In this document: positions 1 to 10,330 of the stretch, one piece after another
How positions within the stretch are numbered: the first letter of the stretch is position 1
Layout of the letters: each line of letters begins with the position of its first letter
Assembly: GCA_965198175.1 (NCBI GenBank)
Contig: OZ240245.1
Location: 2,080,001-2,144,000 of the forward strand
Direction: 5' to 3'
Length of the DNA stretch: 64,000 bases
Source: Candidatus Poribacteria bacterium
GTDB lineage: Bacteria; Poribacteria; WGA-4E; PCPOR2b
Translations under genes and position numbers: made by a program
Notes under the pieces: generated by a model
What the model saw: only the letters and a program-made list of their open reading frames with translations
Told to the model about the DNA's origin: nothing
Database searches by the model: none

Positions 1-1
1 T

Positions 2-1312
2 AATAACGTAACACGCCTTATGCATATTCCACATCCACTTCCCTATGCGCGCTTGTGCCGATGTATATCAGAAAGCTGGGCTAAACTCTCGCATATCTGT
101 AAGAATTGTAACAGCCTTCTAAAACCTGCACAACATGATAATCGCAGACTGATTATGGGAGAGTATGAAGATTTTGAACGGGTTTTGGTGATGGATAGCG
201 AGAAATTCCGAGATCGAAGAGTCCGGTTAGAGATTTCGACGGGTCAGTCCTACCGAGTTGAGGCGGACATTTCATCGTATTTTCCATCTATCTACACACA
301 TTCGATTCCATGGGCACTCGTTGGGAAACTGAAAGCGAAATCAACTTATCGGGAATCGGACAAATGGTACAATAAGCTTGACAAAGCTCAGCGAGGTCTA
401 AAAAAAAATGAAACAAAAGGTATACCTATTGGTCCGGCTACATCACATATTATGTCCGAAATCATCTTATACAAGATTGACGAAGCGTTACGTAAAGAAG
501 GCTATCAGTTTACGCGGTATGTTGATGATTACAAATGCTATTGTGATACCCGGGAAAATGCGGAAATGTTTATCCTGTCTCTTGAGCGAGAATTACGAAA
601 GTACCTTTTGAATCTCAACCCTAGAAAAGTGCTGATTGAAGAGTTACCACTGGGGCTTCAAGAGCAATGGGTAATTGTCTTGAGAAATGGTTTGCCATCT
701 AAACAGAAGCCTTCTCCTAGGGACATCATGAATTTTCTGGATTCTGCGATAGAGCTGCAAAAGCGGCATCCTGAAGCAAATATCTTGAAATATGCTACGC
801 GTGCGCTCGCCAACTCAAAGAAATTTGATAAAAATAGTGCCAGTTTTTTTCTGGAATACCTTGTCGTCATAGCGTTCCATGTACCTAGCGTACTTCCTGT
901 TCTTTGTCAGGTAGCAAAGGAGTATGGCGTGGGTTCAGATTTGGAATTTGACTCTGTTCTAAAGCAATCTATCAAGTTCCGGCGCTCTGATGCCATTTGT
1001 TGGAGTTTGTATTTCATGGGTACGTGCGGCGAAGAAGTTAGTGACGACTTCGCGAAAGATATCGTTGAGTCAGAGGACTGCATGGCAATGGGGATGCTTA
1101 TCGCTTTAAATCAACATCGTGAAAAAATCGTTGATTTCCTTGACGACAACATTAATCCCGATTTAGAATATGACTGTGACCAATACTGGATTCTTATCCA
1201 TGAGTTAGCTCCAGACTGTCCACAATTCAACGATTATCGTGGAGAATCTGGATTGGAGTTTCTCCGAAACAAGGACGTACATTTTATAAATCTGATAAAT
1301 TCGGGGACCTGA
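2..1312 (+). CDS. drt4: Defence-associated reverse transcriptase, DRT4/UG15-like (AbiA/AbiK superfamily), 5'-truncated by the window edge
   Basis: The frame is open from base 2 ([18 protein letters not shown]). RT motifs are [39 protein letters not shown], catalytic RYVDDY and LNPRK, followed by a ~200-aa alpha-helical C-terminal domain. The family call is from recalled motif pattern, not a search. Confidence 0.8.
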   Translation, partial: NNVTRLMHIPHPLPYARLCRCISESWAKLSHICKNCNSLLKPAQHDNRRLIMGEYEDFERVLVMDSEKFRDRRVRLEISTGQSYRVEADISSYFPSIYTHSIPWALVGKLKAKSTYRESDKWYNKLDKAQRGLKKNETKGIPIGPATSHIMSEIILYKIDEALRKEGYQFTRYVDDYKCYCDTRENAEMFILSLERELRKYLLNLNPRKVLIEELPLGLQEQWVIVLRNGLPSKQKPSPRDIMNFLDSAIELQKRHPEANILKYATRALANSKKFDKNSASFFLEYLVVIAFHVPSVLPVLCQVAKEYGVGSDLEFDSVLKQSIKFRRSDAICWSLYFMGTCGEEVSDDFAKDIVESEDCMAMGMLIALNQHREKIVDFLDDNINPDLEYDCDQYWILIHELAPDCPQFNDYRGESGLEFLRNKDVHFINLINSGT

Positions 1313-1368
1313 GGTTCAGAGTTTGCTTCATGCGACGAGCATATAGAAATTCTGAGGACAACTACACA

Positions 1369-2631
1369 ATGAACAAACCGCTACGTGAATTCGATCCGCA
1401 GATTGTTGACATAATGCGTCAAGATTTGGATCGGCAGCAAAACTGCTTAACGCTGATTCCTTCGGAAAATTACGCCAGCAAAGCGGTGATGCAGATGCAG
1501 AGCAGTATCCTTGCTAACAAGTATGCCGAGGGCTACCCTGGCAATCGATATTACAATGGCTGCGAGTATATAGATCAGATTGAGACACTTGCGATTGAAC
1601 GTGCGAAGCGGCTTTTTGGCGTGGATCATGTCAACGTCCAAGCGCACGCCGGTACTCAAGCTAATATGGCGGTCTACCACGCGTTGCTTGAGCCGGGAGA
1701 TACCATCATTTCAATGAAGCTAGATCACGGTGGTCATCTCAGTCATGGGCTGCCGCAGAACTTCGCCGGCAGATATTATAGGATTGTTCCTTATGGTGTG
1801 GATGAAGAAACAGAGCGGATCAATATGAACGGTATCGCAGCACTCGTTGAGGAACATCGTCCAAAGTTAATAATCGTCGGTGCAAGCGCTTATCCTCGAT
1901 GGTTTGATTTCGCGCAATGGCAAGAAATCGCCGATTCCGTCAATGCCTATCTGCTGGCGGACATCGCTCATATCGCTGGGCTCATCGCAGCGGATGTCCA
2001 TCCGGATCCAGTACCTTATTGCGACTTCATTACAACAACGACTCACAAAACATTGCGTGGACCTCGCGGGGCAATCATTATGTGCCGCGCGGAATTCGCC
2101 CATGCGATCGATCACGCTGTGATGCCGGGCTTACAGGGAGGTCCCTTCATGCATACCATCGCTGCGAAAGCCGTCGGCTTCAAAGAAGCTATGGAACCTG
2201 CCTTCAAGGAGTATCAAAAACAAGTTGTTAGAAACGCGAAAGCGCTGGCTCAACGCCTCATTGAGAATGAGTTTCGCTTAGTTAGCGGCGGAACCGATAA
2301 TCATTTAATGATTATTGATTTGTCAGCAACCTTTGAGAAACTGAGCGGACGTCAAGCCGCAAATCACCTTGAAGAAGCGGGGGTCATTGTCAATAAGAAC
2401 ACGATTCCATTTGATAAGCGCTCGCCGGTCACAACAAGCGGCATTCGCCTTGGTACGCCGATGGTGACGGTACGTGGGATGAAAGAGGCAGAGATGCAGT
2501 TGATAGGCGATTTCATTAGCGAAGTATTGCGGGAGCGAAAGAGCACAACGGTCAAAAACCACATTAAAGAAAAAGTCCGGGAATTGTGTCAACAGTTTCC
2601 AATCTATGAAGACCTCGATCTATGGTCATGA
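1369..2631 (+). CDS. glyA: Serine hydroxymethyltransferase
   Basis: [27 protein letters not shown] and PLP-lysine motif [15 protein letters not shown] at 1369 follows GAGGA. Confidence 0.98.
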   Translation: MNKPLREFDPQIVDIMRQDLDRQQNCLTLIPSENYASKAVMQMQSSILANKYAEGYPGNRYYNGCEYIDQIETLAIERAKRLFGVDHVNVQAHAGTQANMAVYHALLEPGDTIISMKLDHGGHLSHGLPQNFAGRYYRIVPYGVDEETERINMNGIAALVEEHRPKLIIVGASAYPRWFDFAQWQEIADSVNAYLLADIAHIAGLIAADVHPDPVPYCDFITTTTHKTLRGPRGAIIMCRAEFAHAIDHAVMPGLQGGPFMHTIAAKAVGFKEAMEPAFKEYQKQVVRNAKALAQRLIENEFRLVSGGTDNHLMIIDLSATFEKLSGRQAANHLEEAGVIVNKNTIPFDKRSPVTTSGIRLGTPMVTVRGMKEAEMQLIGDFISEVLRERKSTTVKNHIKEKVRELCQQFPIYEDLDLWS

Positions 2632-2642
2632 ATTGTGTAAAA

Positions 2643-2778
2643 CGATCAACTGATTGAATAAGGAGGGTGATAGTCTTAACCTTAATGGAAAAACTATCGC
2701 GCTCCCTGGTCAGTCGCTTGATCGATATTTTTACCCACCAGCGAAGATTATCACGCTCCCTATTCAATCGCTTGATCG
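2643..2778. repeat. Three copies of a 30-bp element (one inverted, two direct) between glyA and folC
   Basis: 2695-2724 tatcgcgctccctggtcagtcgcttgatcg and 2749-2778 tatcacgctccctattcaatcgcttgatcg are 26/30 identical. The reverse complement of 2643-2672 is tatcaccctccttattcaatcagttgatcg (26/30 to the third copy). Confidence 0.85.
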
Positions 2779-2780
2779 TA

Positions 2781-4145
2781 ATGCTAAATTATGAATCTGC
2801 TCTTGCCTATATCGACAGCTTTATCAACTATGAGAAAAGCTCCAATTTTTCAAGGCAGGCGCGTCTTTACAACCTCGATCGTATTTCCCACCTGTTGGAT
2901 TTGCTCGGGAACCCCCATCGTAAACTGAAGGTTATCCACATCGCTGGCAGCAAAGGGAAGGGGTCTACAGCAGCGATTATTGCGTCAATACTCACCCGTG
3001 CAGGATACAAAACGGGGTTATTTACTTCACCCCATCTTATAACTCCCCGCGAGCGTTGTTGTATAGATGCCAGACTGATCTCAGAGGACGAATTCGCTGA
3101 TTACGTCAATAAATTGAAACCCTCGATTGAAACTGTCGCAGGGATGAAGGCAGTTGGATCGATTTCGTTTTTTGAAATCTATACCGCGCTTGCCTTCTGC
3201 TATTTTGCGGACTATGCGGTTGATTTCGCGGTTGTTGAAGTTGGAATCGGCGGGCGACTGGATGCGACGAATGTTGTCCAACCGTTCGTTACCGTCATCA
3301 CGCCGGTGAGTCTGGAGCATACCGCAATACTGGGCGATACTCTTGAAGCTATCGCCGGGGAAAAAGCCGAGATTATTAAACTTAGTCGTCCACTTGTGTT
3401 GGCGCCGCAAGAGCCTGAAGCCCAAACCGTTTTTGAAACCGTTGCTGCAGCACGCCGCGTGCGGATGGACAGAGTCGGACATGACATTAATCTAAGGCGT
3501 AGGGCTTGGGACATTAATGGTCAAATGTTCGACGTGCAAACGCAAACCGAATCTTATCCAAATCTGTTTCTGCCGCTCCTCGGTAAACACCAAGCGACTA
3601 ATGCTGCGACGGCGGTTGCTTGCCTTGAACGAATCAAGAGTGAGGGGCATTCTTTTCCCAAAAGGTGTGTCTACGATGGATTGGAAGCTGTTAGATTGCA
3701 CGGACGAACGCAAGTCGTTTCGATACCGCGAAACGCATCGACTGACGAAGCTCCATCAATTTTGCTAGACGGTGCGCATTCCCCAACTTCAGCCGAGGCG
3801 TTATGCGAGACGATTCAGGAGGTATTCCGATATGGGCGTTTAATCCTCGTCGCCGGTCTGATGAGAGATAAAGAGTTGCGTGCAATCGGTCAAATTCTAT
3901 GTCCAATCGCGGACATCATCATCGCCACACAAGCGTTTGACAACCCTCGCGTAATGCCCGCTGGGGAAGTTGCGAAAGCTTGGTCGGATTTTAATCCAGA
4001 GATTCGATCGGTAAATAGTGTGGGTGAATCCATTGAGCTTGCCCTATCGGTTGCAACCGGTTCGGATTTAATTTGCATTACGGGTTCGATTTATCTCGTT
4101 GGCGCAGCCATGACTGAACTTGGGATTGAAATCCCTGAAGTGTGA
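2781..4145 (+). CDS. folC: Folylpolyglutamate synthase/dihydrofolate synthase
   Basis: HIAGSKGKGST P-loop, FTSPHL, VEVGIGGRLDATN, LDGAHS, ITGSIYLVG. Start placed at MLNYESA; the ORF extends upstream to 2667 through the repeat. Confidence 0.95.
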   Translation: MLNYESALAYIDSFINYEKSSNFSRQARLYNLDRISHLLDLLGNPHRKLKVIHIAGSKGKGSTAAIIASILTRAGYKTGLFTSPHLITPRERCCIDARLISEDEFADYVNKLKPSIETVAGMKAVGSISFFEIYTALAFCYFADYAVDFAVVEVGIGGRLDATNVVQPFVTVITPVSLEHTAILGDTLEAIAGEKAEIIKLSRPLVLAPQEPEAQTVFETVAAARRVRMDRVGHDINLRRRAWDINGQMFDVQTQTESYPNLFLPLLGKHQATNAATAVACLERIKSEGHSFPKRCVYDGLEAVRLHGRTQVVSIPRNASTDEAPSILLDGAHSPTSAEALCETIQEVFRYGRLILVAGLMRDKELRAIGQILCPIADIIIATQAFDNPRVMPAGEVAKAWSDFNPEIRSVNSVGESIELALSVATGSDLICITGSIYLVGAAMTELGIEIPEV

Positions 4146-4289
4146 ACTGAATAGAAGTAAAAAAATCGGCTGCATTGCTGCAAAAGTTTTCCAGAGTAGC
4201 CAAAAAAAAGGGAGAATAAAGTCGCAGAGCAGCACGACAATTCTGCAAGTTACTGATGTACCCATTTAACTCATTTTAGGAGGAATTTT

Positions 4290-6641
4290 ATGATTGAAAC
4301 AATCGACGATCGGCTCCGTAGGCGGAGCCGTGGATTTCTGATACTCTTGGGTTTATTGTTTGGAATTACAAATTCTGCTCTCGCCCAAACGGAACCGTTG
4401 CCAGCTGTGCCTTCCGCATGGTGGCTTGCCCCAGTTGGCTCCCTAATCGCTTTGGGGTTCGCGTTATATTTTTACAAATCCGTAATGCGGCAGAGCGAGG
4501 GGACAGCAGTGATGCGTGAAATTGCGCAAGCTGTCCGTGATGGCGCGATGGCGTATTTGAGGCAGCAATACAAGGTTGTCGGTATTGTTTTTGCGGTATT
4601 GTGCGCCATTTTTCTTTTTATGGCTTTTGTTCTGAAGGCTCAGAACCAGGTAATTCCTTTTGCTTTTCTCACAGGTGGTTTTTTCTCTGGACTCTGCGGT
4701 TTTTTGGGTATGAAGACCGCAACCAATGCATCGGCTCGTACAACAAGCGCCGCTATGGAAGGACTAAACGCGGGACTGCGTATCGCCTTTCGAGCAGGTG
4801 CAGTGATGGGGCTGGTGGTGGTTGGGTTTGCCCTGCTGGACATTGCCGGATGGTTCCTGATTCTTTACTATCTTTTTCCAAAGATCTTACCGGGCTTTTT
4901 AGGCGAGAACCCACTTCCCCAAATCACCGTAATTATGTTGAGCTTCGGCATGGGCGCATCCACACAGGCGCTCTTTGCACGCGTGGGCGGCGGTATTTAC
5001 ACTAAGGCAGCTGATGTCGGCGCTGATCTGGTAGGGAAAGTTGAATCGGGGATTCCCGAAGATGATCCACGTAACCCAGCAGCTATCGCTGACAACGTGG
5101 GTGACAACGTGGGAGACGTCGCAGGCATGGGCGCAGATCTATATGAATCTTACGCTGGATCGATACTAGCAACAGCAGCGCTTGGCGTTGCTGCTGTTGC
5201 CGCGAAGGATCACGGCAATATTGCACTGCAACTGAAATACCTCTCTGCGCCGATGATAATTGCAGGAATCGGTGTGATTCTCTCAATCGTAGGAATTTTT
5301 ATGGTACGTACTCGAGAAGGCGCTACAATGAAGCAGTTGATGGGTTCGCTCAATCTGGGTATCAACGGGAGCGCGATTGGCATCGCAATATTTTCGATTC
5401 CGGTGCTGTTATATCTCGACTTCCCGAATAAGTGGCAGATTTGGGGCGCGATTGTGGCGGGTCTGCTGGCGGGGATCATCATCGGCAAGGTGACAGAGGT
5501 CTTCACATCTCACGACTATAAACCGACGCGAGGCATCGTAGAGCAAGCCCAGACTGGTCCGGCAACCGTTATCATTGAGGGTATCGCTGTTGGCATGCAG
5601 TCAACCGCCATCCCTGTGATTACGATAATCGTGGCTGTTGCCGTCAGCTTCTATCTCCCGGGCGGGGCAACAGATACGTTGATGGGACTCTATGGTGTGG
5701 GAATTGCGGCTGTCGGTATGCTCGCAACACTCGGCATCACGCTGGCGACGGATGCGTATGGGCCGATTGCAGATAACGCGGGCGGTAATGCGGAAATGTC
5801 TGAACTCGATCCGAGCGTACGTCAGCGTACAGATCAACTTGATTCCCTCGGCAACACAACCGCGGCAACCGGTAAAGGATTCGCCATCGGTTCTGCTGCT
5901 TTGACTGCCCTCGCCCTGCTCGCCGCCTATCTTGAGGAGATTCGGTATGGATTGATCCATTTTGCGGACAAGCATCAGCTTGATATTTCCGGAGTAGGTA
6001 TGGTAGATACGACCAAGGTGTCTATATCCCAGTTCATGTCCTATTATGACGCTACCCTGATGAATCCTCAAGTCCTGATTGGATTGTTCATAGGCGCAGC
6101 GATGGCATTCTTTTTCTGTGCCTTGACGATGAAAGCTGTCGGTCGCGCCGCCGGCGCGATGGTGCAGGAGGTTCGCAGGCAATTTCAAGAACGACCTGGT
6201 ATTATGAAACGCGAAGAAAAACCAGATTACGCCAGATGTGTGGCAATCTCAACCGTTGGCGCACAAAGAGAGATGATCCTCCCATCACTAATTGCTATCA
6301 TCGTCCCGGTGGTCGTTGGCTTGGTCTTCAACGTTGCAGGTGTTCTCGGCTTGCTTGCCGGCGGTTTGACAACCGGATTCGTGCTGGCAGTGATGATGGC
6401 AAATGCCGGTGGTGCTTGGGACAACGCTAAAAAGTACATCGAACAGGGCGAATACGGCGGCAAGGGTTCTGAAGCACACAAGGCAACCGTCGTTGGCGAT
6501 ACGGTCGGCGATCCGTTTAAGGACACCTCCGGTCCGTCGCTCAATATCCTGATCAAGCTGATGTCTATGGTGTCCGTAGTGTTCGCAGGGCTAATTGCGA
6601 AATACGGTCATGTTGTCGGCGAATTGCTCGGTATGAAATGA
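4290..6641 (+). CDS. hppA: Membrane pyrophosphatase, K+-dependent, probably Na+,H+-translocating subfamily
   Basis: [44 protein letters not shown] (Ala at the K+ determinant), [23 protein letters not shown]. Confidence 0.96.
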   Translation: MIETIDDRLRRRSRGFLILLGLLFGITNSALAQTEPLPAVPSAWWLAPVGSLIALGFALYFYKSVMRQSEGTAVMREIAQAVRDGAMAYLRQQYKVVGIVFAVLCAIFLFMAFVLKAQNQVIPFAFLTGGFFSGLCGFLGMKTATNASARTTSAAMEGLNAGLRIAFRAGAVMGLVVVGFALLDIAGWFLILYYLFPKILPGFLGENPLPQITVIMLSFGMGASTQALFARVGGGIYTKAADVGADLVGKVESGIPEDDPRNPAAIADNVGDNVGDVAGMGADLYESYAGSILATAALGVAAVAAKDHGNIALQLKYLSAPMIIAGIGVILSIVGIFMVRTREGATMKQLMGSLNLGINGSAIGIAIFSIPVLLYLDFPNKWQIWGAIVAGLLAGIIIGKVTEVFTSHDYKPTRGIVEQAQTGPATVIIEGIAVGMQSTAIPVITIIVAVAVSFYLPGGATDTLMGLYGVGIAAVGMLATLGITLATDAYGPIADNAGGNAEMSELDPSVRQRTDQLDSLGNTTAATGKGFAIGSAALTALALLAAYLEEIRYGLIHFADKHQLDISGVGMVDTTKVSISQFMSYYDATLMNPQVLIGLFIGAAMAFFFCALTMKAVGRAAGAMVQEVRRQFQERPGIMKREEKPDYARCVAISTVGAQREMILPSLIAIIVPVVVGLVFNVAGVLGLLAGGLTTGFVLAVMMANAGGAWDNAKKYIEQGEYGGKGSEAHKATVVGDTVGDPFKDTSGPSLNILIKLMSMVSVVFAGLIAKYGHVVGELLGMK

Positions 6642-6849
6642 GCCGCGTAATACTAATGTCCAGGCGTGCAGAATCTCATAGTACTCACGCCAGCTTCATA
6701 CGAGTCACATGAGGGTTGAGTTTTTAACTCAAATTCTCCCCCAACACGCCGTGTTGGCTTCCGGTCTCACTCCACTAGAGATACGAACACACTGGAAGGA
6801 GTGTGTGCATTAGACTCCTCTACCTAGAAATTGGATTGAAACCGGCGTT

Positions 6850-6894
6850 AATGACCATTGGTGCTAGTAATAGTAACTAGCACCAATAGTCATT
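6850..6894. repeat. 19-bp near-perfect inverted repeat in the ilvD leader
   Basis: aatgaccattggtgctagt-aatagta-actagcaccaatagtcatt (18/19 pairs). Confidence 0.85.
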
Positions 6895-6971
6895 GGCAAT
6901 GCGGACAAAGTTTTGGGAATTTGTTAAGGCAGATCGACAATAACGGACAATAATGGGAGGAATATAAAGGC

Positions 6972-8651
6972 ATGGCAAACAAGCTTAAACCCCGAAGCTA
7001 CGCCATCACCGATGGCCCAGATCGTGCCGCGGCTCGAGCGATGCTCATGTTTAATGAAGGCGGACTATCTCTTGAGGAATTGGACCGACCGCTCATCGGT
7101 GTTGCTAATACATGGACTGAAATCGGTCCTTGCAACTTTCACCTCCGTCGGCTTGCGGCGAAGGTGAAAGCAGGGATTCGCGCTGCCGGTGGCACACCGC
7201 TTGAGTTCAATACCGTCAGTATTTCCGATGGGATTACGATGGGCACTGAGGGGATGAAAACATCGCTCATCAGTCGTGAAATCATCGCGGACTCGATTGA
7301 ACTCGTCACTCGAGGGAATATGTTCGACGCAGTAGTTGCCCTCTCGGGTTGCGACAAAACGGTTCCTGGAACGTTGATGGCGCTCGCGCGTCTTGATATT
7401 CCGTCGCTGATGCTTTATGGCGGTTCAATTATGCCGGGGCGTTTTCAGGGTCACGATGTCACCATCAAGGATGTCTTCGAGGCGGTTGGTACTTATGCAG
7501 TTGGCAAGATAACGATTGAAGAGCTCGATGATCTCACTAGCAAAGGGTGCCCTGGACCTGGCGCATGCGGAGGGCAATACACCGCCAATACCATGGCAAC
7601 AGTTGTCGAAATATTAGGCATGGCACCGATGGGGAGCGGGAGTGTCCCCGCTGTGGATTCTTACAAAGATGAGGTTGCGTTTCAAGCAGGTCGGTTGGTG
7701 ATGCAGATGTTAGCGCACGATCGACGTCCTAGCCAAATCATCACGCGTCGTTCGATTGAGAATGCGATTGCTTCAATTGCGACAACGGGCGGGTCAACCA
7801 ATGGCGTTCTTCATCTGCTTGCCATTGCGCACGAAGCCAATATTCCATTGGCACTCGATGATTTCCAGGAAATTAATCTGCGGACCCCGCTCTATGTAGA
7901 TCTCCAGCCGGGAGGGCGTTTTGTCGCAGCAGATTTGCATCGCGCCGGAGGTATCCCGCTTGTCGCCAAACGGCTGCTGGATGCCGGACTCCTTCATGCG
8001 GACGAATTGACTGTGACAGGAAAAACAATCCGCGAAGAGGCGTCCACAGTGGTCGAGGCCGAAGGGCAGGAAGTTGTGCGCCCCATATCAGAGCCTATTA
8101 AGCCGACCGGTGGACTTGTTATACTCAAGGGAAATCTAGCACCGGAAGGGTGTGTACTCAAAGTTGCCGGCAACGAACGGATGACCCACAGTGGTCCTGT
8201 GCGTGTTTTCGACTGCGAGGAAGCTGCTTTCGCGAAAATTAAGGGGGGCGAAATCAATCCGGGAGAGGTCATAGTCATCCGCTACGAAGGACCTGCAGGC
8301 GGTCCTGGAATGCGGGAGATGCTCGGTGTTACTGCGGCGATAGTTGGCGCTGGACTAATTGATTCGGTTGCACTCTTAACAGATGGCAGGTTTTCAGGGG
8401 CGACACACGGCCTCATGATTGGACACGTTGCTCCCGAGGCTGCGCGCGGCGGTCCAATTGCTGTGTTATGCGAGGGCGATGTCGTTTCTATTGATGTGGC
8501 AAACCGTCGCCTTGATGTCAAAATTTCATATGAAGAAATTGAAACACGGCTTAGCGACTGGACACCACCATCTTTGCGCTATACCCGTGGTGTCATGGCA
8601 AAATACGCGCAGCTCGTATCTTCAGCATCAAAAGGGGCTGTGACCGGATAG
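6972..8651 (+). CDS. ilvD: Dihydroxy-acid dehydratase
   Basis: [59 protein letters not shown]. Confidence 0.97.
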   Translation: MANKLKPRSYAITDGPDRAAARAMLMFNEGGLSLEELDRPLIGVANTWTEIGPCNFHLRRLAAKVKAGIRAAGGTPLEFNTVSISDGITMGTEGMKTSLISREIIADSIELVTRGNMFDAVVALSGCDKTVPGTLMALARLDIPSLMLYGGSIMPGRFQGHDVTIKDVFEAVGTYAVGKITIEELDDLTSKGCPGPGACGGQYTANTMATVVEILGMAPMGSGSVPAVDSYKDEVAFQAGRLVMQMLAHDRRPSQIITRRSIENAIASIATTGGSTNGVLHLLAIAHEANIPLALDDFQEINLRTPLYVDLQPGGRFVAADLHRAGGIPLVAKRLLDAGLLHADELTVTGKTIREEASTVVEAEGQEVVRPISEPIKPTGGLVILKGNLAPEGCVLKVAGNERMTHSGPVRVFDCEEAAFAKIKGGEINPGEVIVIRYEGPAGGPGMREMLGVTAAIVGAGLIDSVALLTDGRFSGATHGLMIGHVAPEAARGGPIAVLCEGDVVSIDVANRRLDVKISYEEIETRLSDWTPPSLRYTRGVMAKYAQLVSSASKGAVTG

Positions 8652-8878
8652 AAAGTCGGACAATTGAACGTGACGCCGATGACAAATCAACTCTGATTGC
8701 CCACCGAATTGATCTCACTCGAATTCGGCAAATTGTGTCGCTGGTTCAAAAGAGACCCCGGACGTGATTTTACACGGTGTACAGAGTTAAATTGCAATTT
8801 CATTTCGCGTGCTGTACGCTCGTTTTTTGCACAGTGATGCACCAAAGGCGTAGCACACGTCCCATCACGTTACATGTA

Positions 8879-9577
8879 TCAGATTAACCCTTCCTCCTTC
8901 AGGCTTATGTAGCTCCCATCTCCGATGATTACATGATCCAGCACCGGAATCTGGATACAATTCCCCGCTTCAATTAGCTGTTTTGTTGCTCGAATATCCT
9001 CTTTGCTTGGCGATGGATCGCCCGAGGGGTGATTGTGAACAAGAATAATTGATGCGGCTGCCTCCTCAATTGCGAAGCGAAACACTTCACGAGGGTGAAT
9101 GATGTTTACATTTAAGCTGCCTTCGAAAATCTGACGTTGATTGGTCACGTTGTTTTTCGTATCGAGACAGAGCACGTGCAATATTTCCTGCTTGAGATCT
9201 CGCAGAGATGGCATCACAATTCGGGCAACGTCGGCGGGAGAGGAAATTTGCGGTTTTTCTTCCAGATATTTAGCCAAGCGTCTTCCCAGTTCAAATGCAG
9301 CTATAATCTGAGCGGCTTTCATTTTTCCTAGACCATTGATTCCTTCAGCAATATGTGCCACTTCATCATTCGCCATCCGCTTCAAGCTGTCTTCGTACTT
9401 TTTTAGCAACTGCTCAGCAAGCTGAACCGCCGTTGTGTTACTTGCTCCTTTACGAATGATAAGTGCGATTACTTCCGAAGTCTTCAATACATGCGGGCCA
9501 TACTTATAAAGCCTTTCCAGCGGACGTTCATCCTCAAGGAACTCTTTGATTCGACCCCGATCGTTTGTAGTTTCCAT
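8879..9577 (-). CDS. radC: RadC-family JAB/MPN+ domain protein
   Basis: N-terminal ERPLERL, HhH GLGKMKAAQIIAAFELGRR, HPREVF, HNHPSGDPSPSKED, LDHVII. Confidence 0.95.
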   Translation of the reverse strand: METTNDRGRIKEFLEDERPLERLYKYGPHVLKTSEVIALIIRKGASNTTAVQLAEQLLKKYEDSLKRMANDEVAHIAEGINGLGKMKAAQIIAAFELGRRLAKYLEEKPQISSPADVARIVMPSLRDLKQEILHVLCLDTKNNVTNQRQIFEGSLNVNIIHPREVFRFAIEEAAASIILVHNHPSGDPSPSKEDIRATKQLIEAGNCIQIPVLDHVIIGDGSYISLKEEGLI

Positions 9578-9954
9578 TTTTTGGCTCCAGAATGGGTTAG
9601 AAGTTGTACTGTATTATGTAATAACCCCACGATAAAATTAGGGACCAGTGAGATTATAACCAAAATGGGGGATTAAGACAATTCATTTGTGTATAATGTT
9701 AGATCTCGAAATCGTATTACGGCTGCGAATTATTGAATTATCACCATGTTTCATGAGTGACGTTATTGAAGGACATTGTCAGCCTCTCGCAAGACGGAGG
9801 TCAAAAAAAGTTGTACAACATCGAGCCTTTGACTCATTTTCTGCCCAAATGTGAATCTAACCACAACATTTCTTGAGGGTATATATAACAGAATATTGTG
9901 GGATTTTAAGCGATTACATGCAAGCGATTTTAGCATAAACAACACGTTTTTGCA

Positions 9955-9983
9955 TTGATGTTATTTTTGGGTTGTGATAGAAT
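9955..9983 (+). promoter_or_regulatory. Putative sigma-70 promoter of the proteasome/UBact operon
   Basis: TTGATG-N17-TAGAAT with extended -10 TG, ~350 nt upstream of arc. Confidence 0.5.
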
Positions 9984-10330
9984 ACACGTATCCTAATATA
10001 CCACAACTGTTTATCAAGTTGAGGAAGCAGAGTCGATAAATTGTCACTTAACGGATTCCTAACCAATCCGCCCCTGGAAAACCGATACTTACCCGACCCG
10101 AGCAAAGAAAGGTGTTCGATTGGTTCAACTCAAACCTGGAATATCCTAAAACCCCCTAATGCTACTATAAATGCCCTTGTCGGTTTAGAGTTTGACTTCG
10201 TATTTTGCCCCGACCTTTAGCGACCTTTCGGAGATGAGCGCCAGAGCTATTCTGTATCAGTGGAGACAGAATCTACGTTATAGGTGCAATAATTCGATCG
10301 GCTGATTATTCTGTTCTAAGGAGAAGTCTA

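Noticed and set aside
2..1312. RT as part of a DGR, retron or group II intron
   Set aside because: There is no maturase X/En domain or intron domain V after the stop, no retron VTG motif, and no avd or template repeat in view. The FGE gene is 56 kb away, and the motifs fit the Abi/DRT class.
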